The position numbers were made by a program, and so were the translations under genes. A DNA stretch of 27,874 nt from Catajapyx aquilonaris. Taxonomy: Eukaryota. The notes under the pieces are model-generated. The model did not search any database and was not told the DNA's origin. It saw only the letters and a list, made by a program, of their open reading frames with translations. The number at the start of each line of letters is the position of its first letter. The first letter of the stretch is position 1. Location of the stretch: the NCBI GenBank assembly GCA_000934665.2, contig JYFJ02004390.1:62001-89874 (forward strand), read 5' to 3'. Shown here one piece after another: positions 12,689 through 22,061 of the stretch.

Positions 12689-13176
12689 CAGGGGTATTCA
12701 ACTAGTTTCTGACAAGGTCCAGTATTTACCTTTCCTGGGCCATTGAAGGTCCGGACACCCCCCCCCCCCCGGATAAAAATATATAGATTTTATATGGTAC
12801 CACAGGATTCATATTCGAAAATATAAACATGTGCAGCAAGAGTAGAAGGGCCTATCAAGACAGGGGATATTACGACATTTTCGCCCTTTATGATGTCCTG
12901 TATACAGGGGCGTAGGCAGAAGAATTTCGGAGGGGGGCCCATTTCGTAAGCACAAGGTGAACAAGCCGTAAAGGGCGGGAAATTTTTGGGGGGTTCAAGG
13001 TCACACGAGCTTAGGTGAGATGTGGGAGATTTGAATAGGTGCGTATTTGATGAAATTGGTAGCACTTTTTCAAAAAAAAATAATTATGAATTTGTAATTT
13101 ATCATGCTATTTCAAACTGTCCTGTATATTGTCGCGGTCCGGATCCGGACCGCGGGCCGCCAGTTGAATATCCCTG
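12689..13176. mobile_element. Non-autonomous hAT (Charlie/Buster-type) element
   Basis: 15-bp TIR CAGGGGTATTCAACT / AGTTGAATATCCCTG (1 mismatch). Perfect 8-bp TSD GCATAGAG with central TA (12681-12688, 13177-13184). Subterminal palindrome CGCGGTCCGGATCCGGACCGCG. Contains an orphan CAGGGGCGTAGG end at ~12905. Confidence 0.93.
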
Positions 13177-13254
13177 GCATAGAGTGACCCAAAGGTGATG
13201 CCCAAGTGTTGTTACCAATTTCTGTGTGGTAATCCGCCTGTTTGCAAGCACTAA

Positions 13255-13630
13255 CAAGGGAACGACCAAGGTCGGTCCCCTCCGATTAGGTTAAAACTCG
13301 CTTGAGGGGTCACTCATGTGCGATAGACACAGTGGTGAAAGTGCTAGATGCCATTGTCCATCAGTTTCCGAGATATGAGAGACAGAAACATCCGAATTTT
13401 GGCCGCGCGTATAGGGATATAGGCTATGGGGACCTTGCCGGGCCTTGCACTTGTCCCTTCCCGCCCGACACCTGTACGCGCGGCCAAAATGCCGATTTTT
13501 TGATGCTCATATCTCGGAAACGGCTGGATAGTGGCATCTAGGACTTTTACCATTGTGTCTATCGCACATGAGTGACCCCTCAAGCGAGTTTCAACTAAAT
13601 CGGAGGCGACCGACCTTGGTCGTTCCCTTG
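13255..13630. mobile_element. MITE with ~160-bp TIRs and TAA TSD (PIF/Harbinger-like by TSD)
   Basis: CAAGGGAACGACCAAGGTCGGTC...GACCGACCTTGGTCGTTCCCTTG, flanked by TAA on both sides. The mirror ORFs 13302+ and 13344- reflect the palindrome. Confidence 0.9.
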
Positions 13631-14689
13631 TAAGAATCCCCTTGTGAAAAAATGGTGTCTTGGATGATTCAATTGGTCCAGCAATGGGAGATACATGCCA
13701 ATGTTCTCAGAGAGTAACACTGAACAAATAGCGCAGTCCAAGTCATTTCCTTGCTTTCATTTCGCGGTCTACCTCCATCCTGAATCCTCGCCCTGCTGTC
13801 ACCCATCCTTATGGCGGTCGGGCCCAAAATTGGCTGGTGGGGTTACTCGATGAATTTTTACAGGTGCTTCTGTCATTTTGAGGTAAACCAAAGTTGGCGA
13901 AATGGCAGGTGAAACATATCCAGTTATATTAGTTCATTTGATCCATGACTTATAACCAAGTTATGTCAGATCACGGTGGGCTAGTAGGATTTCATTCGAA
14001 TCACCCTTGTGGAATCCGTTATACTGTATATGCAGGGGTAGCATTCACATGAGACATGACCCAAGTCGAAGTGGCTATAGATTCAGTTATAAAGTTTCTT
14101 CTGGGTTGTCTGGAGCCGCAGTTAGCGCCATGTTGCTTCTCCCTCTATAACGAGGAACACCTTAAGTATACGGTTGCCGTGGAAACCGAGCTCCCGAAAT
14201 ATTTTCTCTTTTTATTTTTCCCAAGGAGGGGAGAAACTGCAAGAGGGTGGGGAGAGAAGAAAAGCGGCTGCGAATCGCACTCGGTGGCTCCTCGCACTCC
14301 CAATTTGCTAATTTGGGCGGGATGAAGGAAGAAAGTGCAGCCGGAGAGGGTGGGTGGCCCATAGTTGCAATGAGATCCCACCGAGGCCTGTTTTTATAGG
14401 GCACGACGCGACTTTGCAGCTACCCTTCATGAAGTGTGCGCGTGTGCCCAAGTTTCCAGCCAGCTTTGTCGATATTTTGTAATTAGGAACTGTATTCCGG
14501 CATGCCCTATGCATAAATTATTGTTCAGTGATCTACCGCTTTTAATAAAAGTATTTTGATGGCAAAAGATACACTAAATAAGCTGTAATGGAAATAATGA
14601 GTGGGGACCCAGTGTTACGCTATTATACTGTATTGGGCTGATGGTCATTTCATGTCGACAAAGTCTCCCTCGAGGGCGACAAAGTCATA

Positions 14690-15043
14690 CAGTGAAACCT
14701 GTCTGCAGCGGACTTTGCAATAACGAAATCTTGTCCATCACTACTGGAAAAATTTGCGGTCCCGTTAGAGACAAAGGATTTGTCCTTTATTTTTGAGGCG
14801 GTCGAAAGGGCTATGCGAGCTTTTTATATCATTTTTCTTTTTTCTCTCTTTGTTTCTATCTCCAACTGTCCCAGGTTTGTATCTGCTAATAGCCAGATGG
14901 CCTAAGTTGAGGGGGGAGGAAACAGTTCGGTGACATAATTTAAATGCATAGAAAATTATCTATGAACGAATTTAGTGTTCGCGGATCATTTCTTATCGTG
15001 TAAAATTTTCTCGCATTATTCCGCTATATGCAGGTTTCTACTG
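14690..15043. mobile_element. pogo/Tigger-like MITE
   Basis: TA|CAGTGAAACCTG...CAGGTTTCTACTG|TA; diverged ~25-bp TIRs. Confidence 0.7.
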
Positions 15044-16953
15044 TACTTTATTCTGATTCTAGCAGTATTATTCTATTGTTAGTAGCACAGCGTAATGTAG
15101 GGCATAAATACGTCTTTCATACGTTTTTATTCGCCTACGCGTAGCTACTGCCCTATCTTGCACAGCCATTTCAATCGCATAAGATTTGGCATATGCGAAA
15201 ATATTACAGACCACCGATGTTGTATAAGATCCAAGGACCACAAAATTCGTTTACATTCTGGGAAGCTCCCCTCTTGATACCCTCTTATGGATTAACCTGG
15301 ATTCGCTAGCATTGTTGCCTTGAGGCGAGTCTCATTTTATTTCTCATTAGTGTACCGTAGTCAGGTTGGAAGTGCGGACGTCTTTTCTGCCGCCAGTTTC
15401 GCGGAAAAGTCATCTCGCCTATACAGTATTTCCGCTGCAGCTACATTAACCAAATTAACTCCCTGCCTTGTGGGAGATTCTATTTTGCATGAAGAATAGG
15501 ATTATAGGCGACCGCGAGACAATTCCTGCAGAATTTTCTTGCCATTCAGAGTGATGCGTATTGTAGATTAGGCTTAGGGAAATATCATAATGAAAGTATA
15601 GTGGAGGGGAGGTTGCCAGGGGTCTTAAGGAAGTAAAGTGACGGAGCTGCTACGCTTTAATTAATTAATTATGGTTGCCTTGTGCGGGTGGAAGAAGTAC
15701 GTATGTACCCAGAAGGAAGGGACGTTGATTTTACTGGCTGCCGTCATACAAGCTGGTGGAAGTACTGCACCATATTTGCCAGTGGTATGGTGTAATAATT
15801 TTATTATCCATACCGGCTTTTTGCTCTAGGACCATTATGAAGTAGCTACGTATATACGGTATACGAGTATATTCGAGAAGTGTATGGGGCAGTCTCTTCG
15901 TTAGTACAGTATTTTAAAATGTTGGTCAATAGTATAGTTTTGGATTCAATCCCCTGGTAGGGAATTTACAAGTTTGACAAAATGCATGTTACCTTGAAGA
16001 GTTTATGCGACTTTTTGTTAGGGAGACAGGAACACCAGAATGTCAATATTAGATTAGGAACTTGAATGATATTATTATACTGTATTAAAAATTTTACAGA
16101 AGGGGAAGCAAAAAAAGGGGGGGGGGGGCGAGCGAGGGTGTGTTTCGACCACACATCCCAGAAAACCCTCCGATATACAAGAAACTAGTCTAGAGTGGAA
16201 ATGGGGATTATCTCGAAGTTTCCTCCGGCAGTTGACAATCAACTTATTCGACTGCAAAGATCATGCGTGCAAACTGACTTCGGGCTAGCATCGTGTAAAT
16301 TGCTGACATGAGGAAAGTTGCAAGTTGAGATGAATAATATCTTGATAATATAAACGACAAACGAAACCTAATACGAAACAGGAAACGAAATGCAAATGCG
16401 ACGCAAATACGGTACTGCACTGATAACATAAATACGGTAGTTACCTATGGTGACGTCACGTCCATGGACGACTGCAACTCCTGCGGTCTCCAATACGATT
16501 TATAAACGAGGAAGTCAGGCTTGAGTCAGTCACACTTTTAATCGGAAGTGGGCTCCTCTCTAGGTGACTGTTCTGTTGACACACCTGACTTAATTCGGCC
16601 CAGTAATCTGATGTGAAGAGAAACTCGGCCTGATTACCGTGGGTAGTATCCCGCCATCTTACTTCCTCCTTACATTCCCACCTGGAGGGATAACCGGCCG
16701 GCAATAGCTCACCACCCATCCACCCAATCTCCTCGTCACTTTACCTATACCGGTATATTAACCCCTGACCCGCGACACAGGCGGCAACACTAACTAACCT
16801 GGGGTGTACAAGGTAACGGTACTCAACCCACCACACGGGGCTAGCGTTACGTACTGTCTAGGTAAAGCTCTCACGTGAAACTGTGCACCAGAGGGGCCCT
16901 GGAAAGAAACAGTAACTCGGAAAGAAATCGCTGTGAAATATACACGATCTGTG

Positions 16954-16959
16954 TTTATT
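16954..16959 (-). promoter_or_regulatory. Polyadenylation signal AATAAA of the zinc-finger gene
   Basis: TTTATT on the + strand, ~98 nt downstream of the stop codon. Confidence 0.6.
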
Positions 16960-17056
16960 AAACAAAGGCTTTTGACCGTACCATTGATGCCTTGAAACAC
17001 AAAAACCAAATGTTTCATGGTACGAAAATAAGCCTGTGCCAGCTTCACATAGTCTT

Positions 17057-20000
17057 TTAGCGGCGCTTCTTGCAGTATCGGAGCAGGTGCTGCTTGTAGG
17101 ACTGGGCTGAGGAGAATCCTTTCTGGCAGAGCTTGCAGTTGAACGGCTTGCGCTTCAGGTGTGTGTTCTTATGGTTCCTGAAGGCATAGGCCCTGTTGAA
17201 CTCCTTGCTGCACCCGGGGAACTTGCATTTGAAGCGGGTTTCCCCCTGGTGATCCCTTTCGTGGCGGTTCCTGCTTCCTGTCTGGGTGAACTTGGAGGGC
17301 TTGCAGTTGAACGGCTTGCACGTCTTGCAGTATCGGAGCTGGTGCTGCTTGTAGGACTGGGCTGAGGAGAAGCCTCTCTTGCAGGGCTTGCAGTTGAACG
17401 GCTTGCGCTTCAGATGTGTGTTCTTATGGTCCCTGAAGGCATAGGCCCTGTTGAACGCCTTGGTGCACCCGCGGAACTTGCATTTGAAGCGGGTTTTCCC
17501 CTGGTGATCCCTTTCGTGGCGGTTCCTGCTTCCTGTCTGGGTGAACTTATTGGGGCAGATCTGGCATCCGTATGGTTTCTCCCGAGTGTGAACTACCCTG
17601 TGTTGTAGCATGCTGCTCCTGTAGAGAAATTTCTTCTTGCAAAAGTCACAAGTTTTTCCTCTAGGAGAACGGCGAGGCCGACTCTTTTTCTCAGAAGGTT
17701 GAACCAAGGGTGCGGAAGGCTGCTCGGGTATGAGAGGAGTCTCCTGATCTATGAGGACTGCAGAGGCTACGTCCTGTTGTTCATCTCCAGAAGGCTGGAC
17801 CAAGGGGACGGCAGCCTCGTTGGGTAGGAGAGGAGTCTCATTATCAATGAACATTGCAGCGGATGCGTCCTCTTGGTCATCTTCAGAAGGCTGGACCAAA
17901 GGGATGGCAGCATGGTCGTATAGGAGAAGATTCTCCATATCTGTGAGGACGGCAGCGACTGCGTCCTGTTGGGGGATGACAGCCTCGTTGGGTAGGAGAG
18001 AAGTCTCATTATCTATGAACATTGCAGCGGATGCGTCCTCTTGGTCATCTTCAGAAGGCTGGACCAAAGGGATGGCAGCATGGTCGTATAGGAGAAGATT
18101 CTCCATATCTGTGAGGACGGCAGCGACTGCGTCCTGTTGGGGGATGACAGCCTCGTTGGGTAGGAGAGGAGTCTCATTATCTATGAACATTGCAGCGGAT
18201 GCGTCCTCTTGGTCATCTTCAGAAGACTGGACCAAGGGGATGGCAGTCTGGTCTGGTCCGAGAGGAGTCCCCTGATTTATGCATACTAACACGACCAAGG
18301 GGCAGGCAGGCAGGTCTGGTATGAGAGGAGTCTCCTGATCTATGAGGACTGCAGAGGCTACGTCCTCTTGCTCATCTCCAGAAGGCTGGACCAAGGGGAC
18401 GGCAGCCTCGTTGGGTAGGTGAGGAGTCTCATTATCTATGAACGTTGCAGCGGATGCGTCCTCTTGGTCATCTTCAGAAGGCTGGACCAAGGGAATGTCA
18501 GGCTGGTCTGGTATGAGAGGAGTCTCCTGATCTATGAGGACTGCAGAGGCTACGTCCTCTTGCTCATCTCCAGAAGGCTGGACCAAGGGGACGGCAGCCT
18601 CGTTGGGTAGGTGAGGAGTCTCATTATCTATGAACGTTGCAGCGGATGCGTCCTCTTGGTCATCTTCAGAAGGCTGGACCAAGGTAATGTCAGGCTGGTC
18701 TGGTATGAGAGGAGTCTCCTGATCTATGAGGACTGCAGAGGCTACGTCCTCTTGCTCATCTCCAGAAGGCTGGACCAAGGGGACGGCAGCCTCGTTGGGT
18801 AGGTGAGGAGTCTCATTATCTATGAACATCGCATCGGATGTGTCCTCTTGGTCATCTTCAGAAGGCTGGACCAAGGGAATGTCAGGCTGGTCTGGTATGA
18901 GAGGAGTCGCCTGATCTATGAGGACTGCAGAGGCTACGTCCTCTTGCTCATCTCCAGAAGGCTGGACCAAGGGGACGGCAGCCTCGTTGGGTAGGTGAGG
19001 AGTCTCATTATCTATGAACATCGCATCGGATGTGTCCTCTTGGTCATCTTCAGAAGGCTGGACCAAGGGAATGTCAGGCTGGTCTGGTATGAGAGGAGTC
19101 TCCTGATCTATGAGGACTGCAGAGGCTACGTCCTCTTGCTCATCTCCAGAAGGCTGGACCAAGGGGACGGCAGCCTCGGTGGGTAGGTGAGGAGTCTCAT
19201 TATCTATGAACATCGCATCGGATGTGTCCTCTTGGTCATCTTCAGAAGGCTGGACCAAGAGAATGTCAGGCTGGTCTGGTATGAGAGGAGTCTCCTGATT
19301 TATGAGGACTGCAGAGGCTACGTCCTTTTGCTCATCTCCAGAAGGCTGGACCAAGGGGACGGCTGCCTCGTTGGGTAGGAGAGGAGTCTCATTATCTATG
19401 AACATCGCATCGGATGTGTCCTCTTGGTCATCTTCAGAAGGCTGGACCAAAGGGGTGGCAGCCTGGTCGTATAGGAGAAGATTCTCCATATCAGTGAGGG
19501 CGGCAACGACTGCGTCCTGTTGGGGGATGACAGCCTCGTTCAGTAGGGGAGGCTCCACGTCGTCCTGGTTGACAGCGACGTGGCCTGGAATGTTGTCGCC
19601 ATGATGAGCAACATTCTCGCTTTGTGGAATATCAAGGCCCCCATCGTCAAAATCGTCAACCAGTCGGTCGGTGTGGCCTGGCTCAGGGTTCTCACCCTCC
19701 ACATGCTGTTGTTGGGGGATGGCAGCCTCGTTGAAGATGGGAGGCTCCACTCCCTCATGGTTGACAGCGACTTGGCCTGGAATGTTGTGACCATGATGAT
19801 CCTCATTATCGCCATCATTAAAACCTTGCGAGCCCTCAATATCGACGTCAAAATCGTCAGCCTCGGCATCCATGTCATCATCGTCGATGTCGCCAGAAAG
19901 GTTGTCGCCATGATGTGCCATATTCTGGCTTTGCGGATTCTCCAGGTCCTCAAGAAAGACGTCAAAATCGTCATCCAGTTCTTCGGCGTCGCCTGGCTCA

Positions 20001-20155
20001 GGGTGCTCAGCTTCCACATGCTGCTGCATGAGGGCTCGCGAGTTGAACATTTGCCAGCAATAGATGCACCTGGTTCTGCCCCCAAAATAGTCTGCTACCC
20101 TGAACAGGACGTTGCAGATCACATCTGCTTCGTTTATATTCGGCTGATCAGCCAT
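17057..20155 (-). CDS. 1032-aa C2H2/CCHC zinc-finger protein with a long acidic tandem-repeat domain
   Basis: Uninterrupted 3.1-kb ORF; ATG in AAGATGG context with an in-frame TGA 12 nt upstream. N-terminal finger CIYC...HVEAEH (aa 30-51). C-terminal array (17072-17650) with TREKPY/LKRKPF linkers: four C2H2, two C-x2-C-x12-H-x4-C and one chimeric finger. Basic NLS-like stretches KKSRPRRSPRGK and KKRR. Confidence 0.93.
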   Translation of the reverse strand: MADQPNINEADVICNVLFRVADYFGGRTRCIYCWQMFNSRALMQQHVEAEHPEPGDAEELDDDFDVFLEDLENPQSQNMAHHGDNLSGDIDDDDMDAEADDFDVDIEGSQGFNDGDNEDHHGHNIPGQVAVNHEGVEPPIFNEAAIPQQQHVEGENPEPGHTDRLVDDFDDGGLDIPQSENVAHHGDNIPGHVAVNQDDVEPPLLNEAVIPQQDAVVAALTDMENLLLYDQAATPLVQPSEDDQEDTSDAMFIDNETPLLPNEAAVPLVQPSGDEQKDVASAVLINQETPLIPDQPDILLVQPSEDDQEDTSDAMFIDNETPHLPTEAAVPLVQPSGDEQEDVASAVLIDQETPLIPDQPDIPLVQPSEDDQEDTSDAMFIDNETPHLPNEAAVPLVQPSGDEQEDVASAVLIDQATPLIPDQPDIPLVQPSEDDQEDTSDAMFIDNETPHLPNEAAVPLVQPSGDEQEDVASAVLIDQETPLIPDQPDITLVQPSEDDQEDASAATFIDNETPHLPNEAAVPLVQPSGDEQEDVASAVLIDQETPLIPDQPDIPLVQPSEDDQEDASAATFIDNETPHLPNEAAVPLVQPSGDEQEDVASAVLIDQETPLIPDLPACPLVVLVCINQGTPLGPDQTAIPLVQSSEDDQEDASAAMFIDNETPLLPNEAVIPQQDAVAAVLTDMENLLLYDHAAIPLVQPSEDDQEDASAAMFIDNETSLLPNEAVIPQQDAVAAVLTDMENLLLYDHAAIPLVQPSEDDQEDASAAMFIDNETPLLPNEAAVPLVQPSGDEQQDVASAVLIDQETPLIPEQPSAPLVQPSEKKSRPRRSPRGKTCDFCKKKFLYRSSMLQHRVVHTREKPYGCQICPNKFTQTGSRNRHERDHQGKTRFKCKFRGCTKAFNRAYAFRDHKNTHLKRKPFNCKPCKRGFSSAQSYKQHQLRYCKTCKPFNCKPSKFTQTGSRNRHERDHQGETRFKCKFPGCSKEFNRAYAFRNHKNTHLKRKPFNCKLCQKGFSSAQSYKQHLLRYCKKRR
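17069..17548 (-). repeat. 255-bp-period tandem duplication of the last zinc fingers
   Basis: 17069-17293 is nearly identical to 17324-17548; offset 255 nt = 85 aa. Confidence 0.93.
17690..19450 (-). repeat. Coding higher-order minisatellite: 96-bp monomers forming 192-bp units (6 tandem + 1), plus two 168-bp units
   Basis: Alternating 32-aa units LVQPSEDDQED(T/A)S(D/A)A(M/T)FIDNETP(H/L)LPNEAAVP and LVQPSGDEQEDVASAVLIDQETPLIPDQPDIP; 192-nt spacing from 19450 to 18299; 168-nt spacing between 17881 and 18049. Confidence 0.96.
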
Positions 20156-20175
20156 CTTCTCTGCTCAGTGATACC

Positions 20176-20677
20176 CTGGGGGAAAGAATATATTTGTTTA
20201 GTGGACATAATGTCAGGGTCTGATTCCCACAACTGTGTCGGTGGACACGCCTAACAGTAGTCTTTTTAACCATGGTAAGTTATATTAAATTCCAATGTAG
20301 CACATGAGAAAGTAAGACGCGAATGTGGCGTAATTACATGGATTTTTCCTCATAGTGAATTAGGCTACATGCAAAAGTATACAACAAGGCCAGATTTTAA
20401 AATAAATTATTTTTATGGTATTGTGTGCTCTGGAGGTTGAGATAGTATATTTTTATATTTGAATAATAATAATTAGAGAATTCTCACATACAATTACATT
20501 GCTTAGTTACGTAAATCTATGGCAACCAACAATGCAATTCAATTACATATGTGTCCAGACGGTAGGGTCACCCTGTATAATGTATAATATATAAACGCAA
20601 AAGGTGACTTAATACGCGGGAATTATCTTCCCCGTGCTTCCCCGAGGTGAGTGTCCCTCTGGGTGATCGTAGCCTAC
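20176..20677 (-). other. Predicted 5'-UTR intron of the zinc-finger gene
   Basis: Strong acceptor TTCTTTCCCCCAG|G 20 nt upstream of the ATG; candidate donor AAG|GTAGG at 20678/20677; AT-rich interior. The acceptor is better supported than the donor. Confidence 0.55.
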
Positions 20678-20779
20678 CTTTGCAAGGGTTGGTTTTTGAT
20701 ATTTTCAGTGGTAAATCGGAGGACTTTATGGAGCCTTTTCATTTTAACATGTTGGGGGCGACGTGTATCATTATGATGA

Positions 20780-20975
20780 TCTGCGGATGTTTGAATTTCC
20801 CGTGTTAAAATGTGTAGATTGAATTCGAACTTTGGTGGTCAAAATTCGGTTCAATATACTCCTGCCATCTCTTGGCTGGTGACTCAACTATCATGACATC
20901 CCCCACAATCCACTGGGCGGGAGTCAAGCTGAGTCGAACATCCCAAGGTCACGCGACTTCCGCGTCATCTTTCAT
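20780..20975 (-). promoter_or_regulatory. Candidate promoter / first non-coding exon region
   Basis: CpG-containing patch with GGGCGGGA (~20915), ACTTCCGC (ETS-like, ~20956) and TTTGAATTTCCCG (CHR/E2F-like, ~20790), upstream of the candidate donor. Motifs only. Confidence 0.3.
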
Positions 20976-21004
20976 GTAAAGATTGTAAAGAAACGCCCTG
21001 AGTA

Positions 21005-21170
21005 CAGGGTTCCCCTTAAAGTCTGGACCCTTGGGAGTTTCGCATAGTACAGTGTTGTGGTAATATTTTGCAACCATAATAGCAGTGTATAGTGATTATG
21101 TAAACTTGTTAGGCCTATCTACGTTCTGAGAGCCAGACGATTCTTTAAAAATTATTTCTGGAACACCCTG
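21005..21170. mobile_element. Small TA-flanked CAGGGT...ACCCTG element (degenerate or chimeric MITE)
   Basis: TA on both sides, but only ~6 bp of terminal complementarity. Confidence 0.4.
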
Positions 21171-21308
21171 TAGATGAATTTCTCCCGGCATTTCACATTC
21201 AAAAGGACCACCAGGAATTACAATGATTAATTTTGGTGCGAAGTTGTTATTCATTAATATCACTCCTACATCGAAGTTTGAACAAAACAGAAAAAAGAAA
21301 AAAAGCCC

Positions 21309-21330
21309 ACAACAACAACAACAACAACAA
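21309..21330. repeat. (AAC)7 microsatellite
   Basis: Read directly. Confidence 0.92.
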
Positions 21331-21354
21331 GAGACTTAGCCATCAACAGATTAA

Positions 21355-21793
21355 AGGGACACTCCACTCAAAATACAAGTTGGGTTCTAAACATCGGGCA
21401 AAAAATCATGATTCCGAGGGTATAAGCAGTTTTTCTGAGAGACGAACGGTATGGCCAGGGTGAAAGCTGGAAGTGTGTCGTTCGAAAACCGCGCGCGGAG
21501 CAGGTGAGCGCAGGTGGCGACGCCACCAGAGGAGCGGAACTTGCGGAACTAGACCAGGGGCCTGGCCAGGCGTGCCAGGCGCCTGGCGCGGCAGTTGTTT
21601 ATTGACCGCGCTATACTTCTCCGGTTTGCCGCGGGATGGTGTTGAATCGCCCTTCTGAGCAGACGACGCGACGTGTGTAGATATATGATTTTTCGTGTTA
21701 CCGTTGGGCGTAGAAAAAAACCGATTGCACATTCGGAATCAGGATTTTTTGCCCGATTTTTAGAACCTAACTTGTATTGAGTGGAGTGTCCCT
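21355..21793. mobile_element. Kolobok-like MITE (TTAA TSD, AGG termini)
   Basis: TTAA|AGGGACACTCCACTC...GAGTGGAGTGTCCCT|TTAA; ~60-bp TIRs; very GC-rich centre. Confidence 0.88.
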
Positions 21794-22061
21794 TTAAACC
21801 ATTTTTAAAATTACTTTGTTACTATAGTTAAGCGCGAGCCTTGACTGCTGTATTGTGTGTGCCCCCAAAATAAGCCTAGTAGGGCTTGAGCACGTGTTAC
21901 TAAAAACCAATAAAAATAAATTGTCCAATATTTATTGACAGAAAATTTAAACAGAGTGCGCAATAAAGTTACATATAAATATGTCATAATTAGACGCATT
22001 CTCCCCAATGAAAATCTGCATACATGTGGATCCCCATCACCAGGTAACAGTTATTATGTTA

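Larger units (their letters stand above)
12412..14009. mobile_element. Old long-TIR element with CAAGGGTGATT termini, hosting two younger insertions
   Basis: 12412-~12655 is a diverged reverse complement of ~13772-14009 (e.g. CCCCACCAACCAATTTCTGGCCCGACCGCCA vs TGGCGGTCGGGCCCAAAATTGGCTGGTGGGG). Ends CAAGGGTGATT...AATCACCCTTG. Confidence 0.7.

Noticed and set aside
13302..13583. Two similar 79-aa ORFs on opposite strands
   Set aside because: Artefact of the MITE palindrome.
16456..16719. 87-aa minus ORF; + strand DDCNSC pacifastin/VWC-like word; CTGATG..GAAA hammerhead-like core at ~16608
   Set aside because: Motifs are too short, and the ribozyme core lacks CUGANGA and the required stems.
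16758..16780. TTAACCCC piggyBac-like end that might enclose the ZNF gene
   Set aside because: No matching inverted end found on the other side of the gene.
17690..19450. CRISPR-like array
   Set aside because: Whole units repeat with no unique spacers; in-frame coding; eukaryotic context.
17159..20254. Antisense and alternative-frame ORFs, including five 63-aa repeats
   Set aside because: Shadows of the repetitive ZNF CDS.
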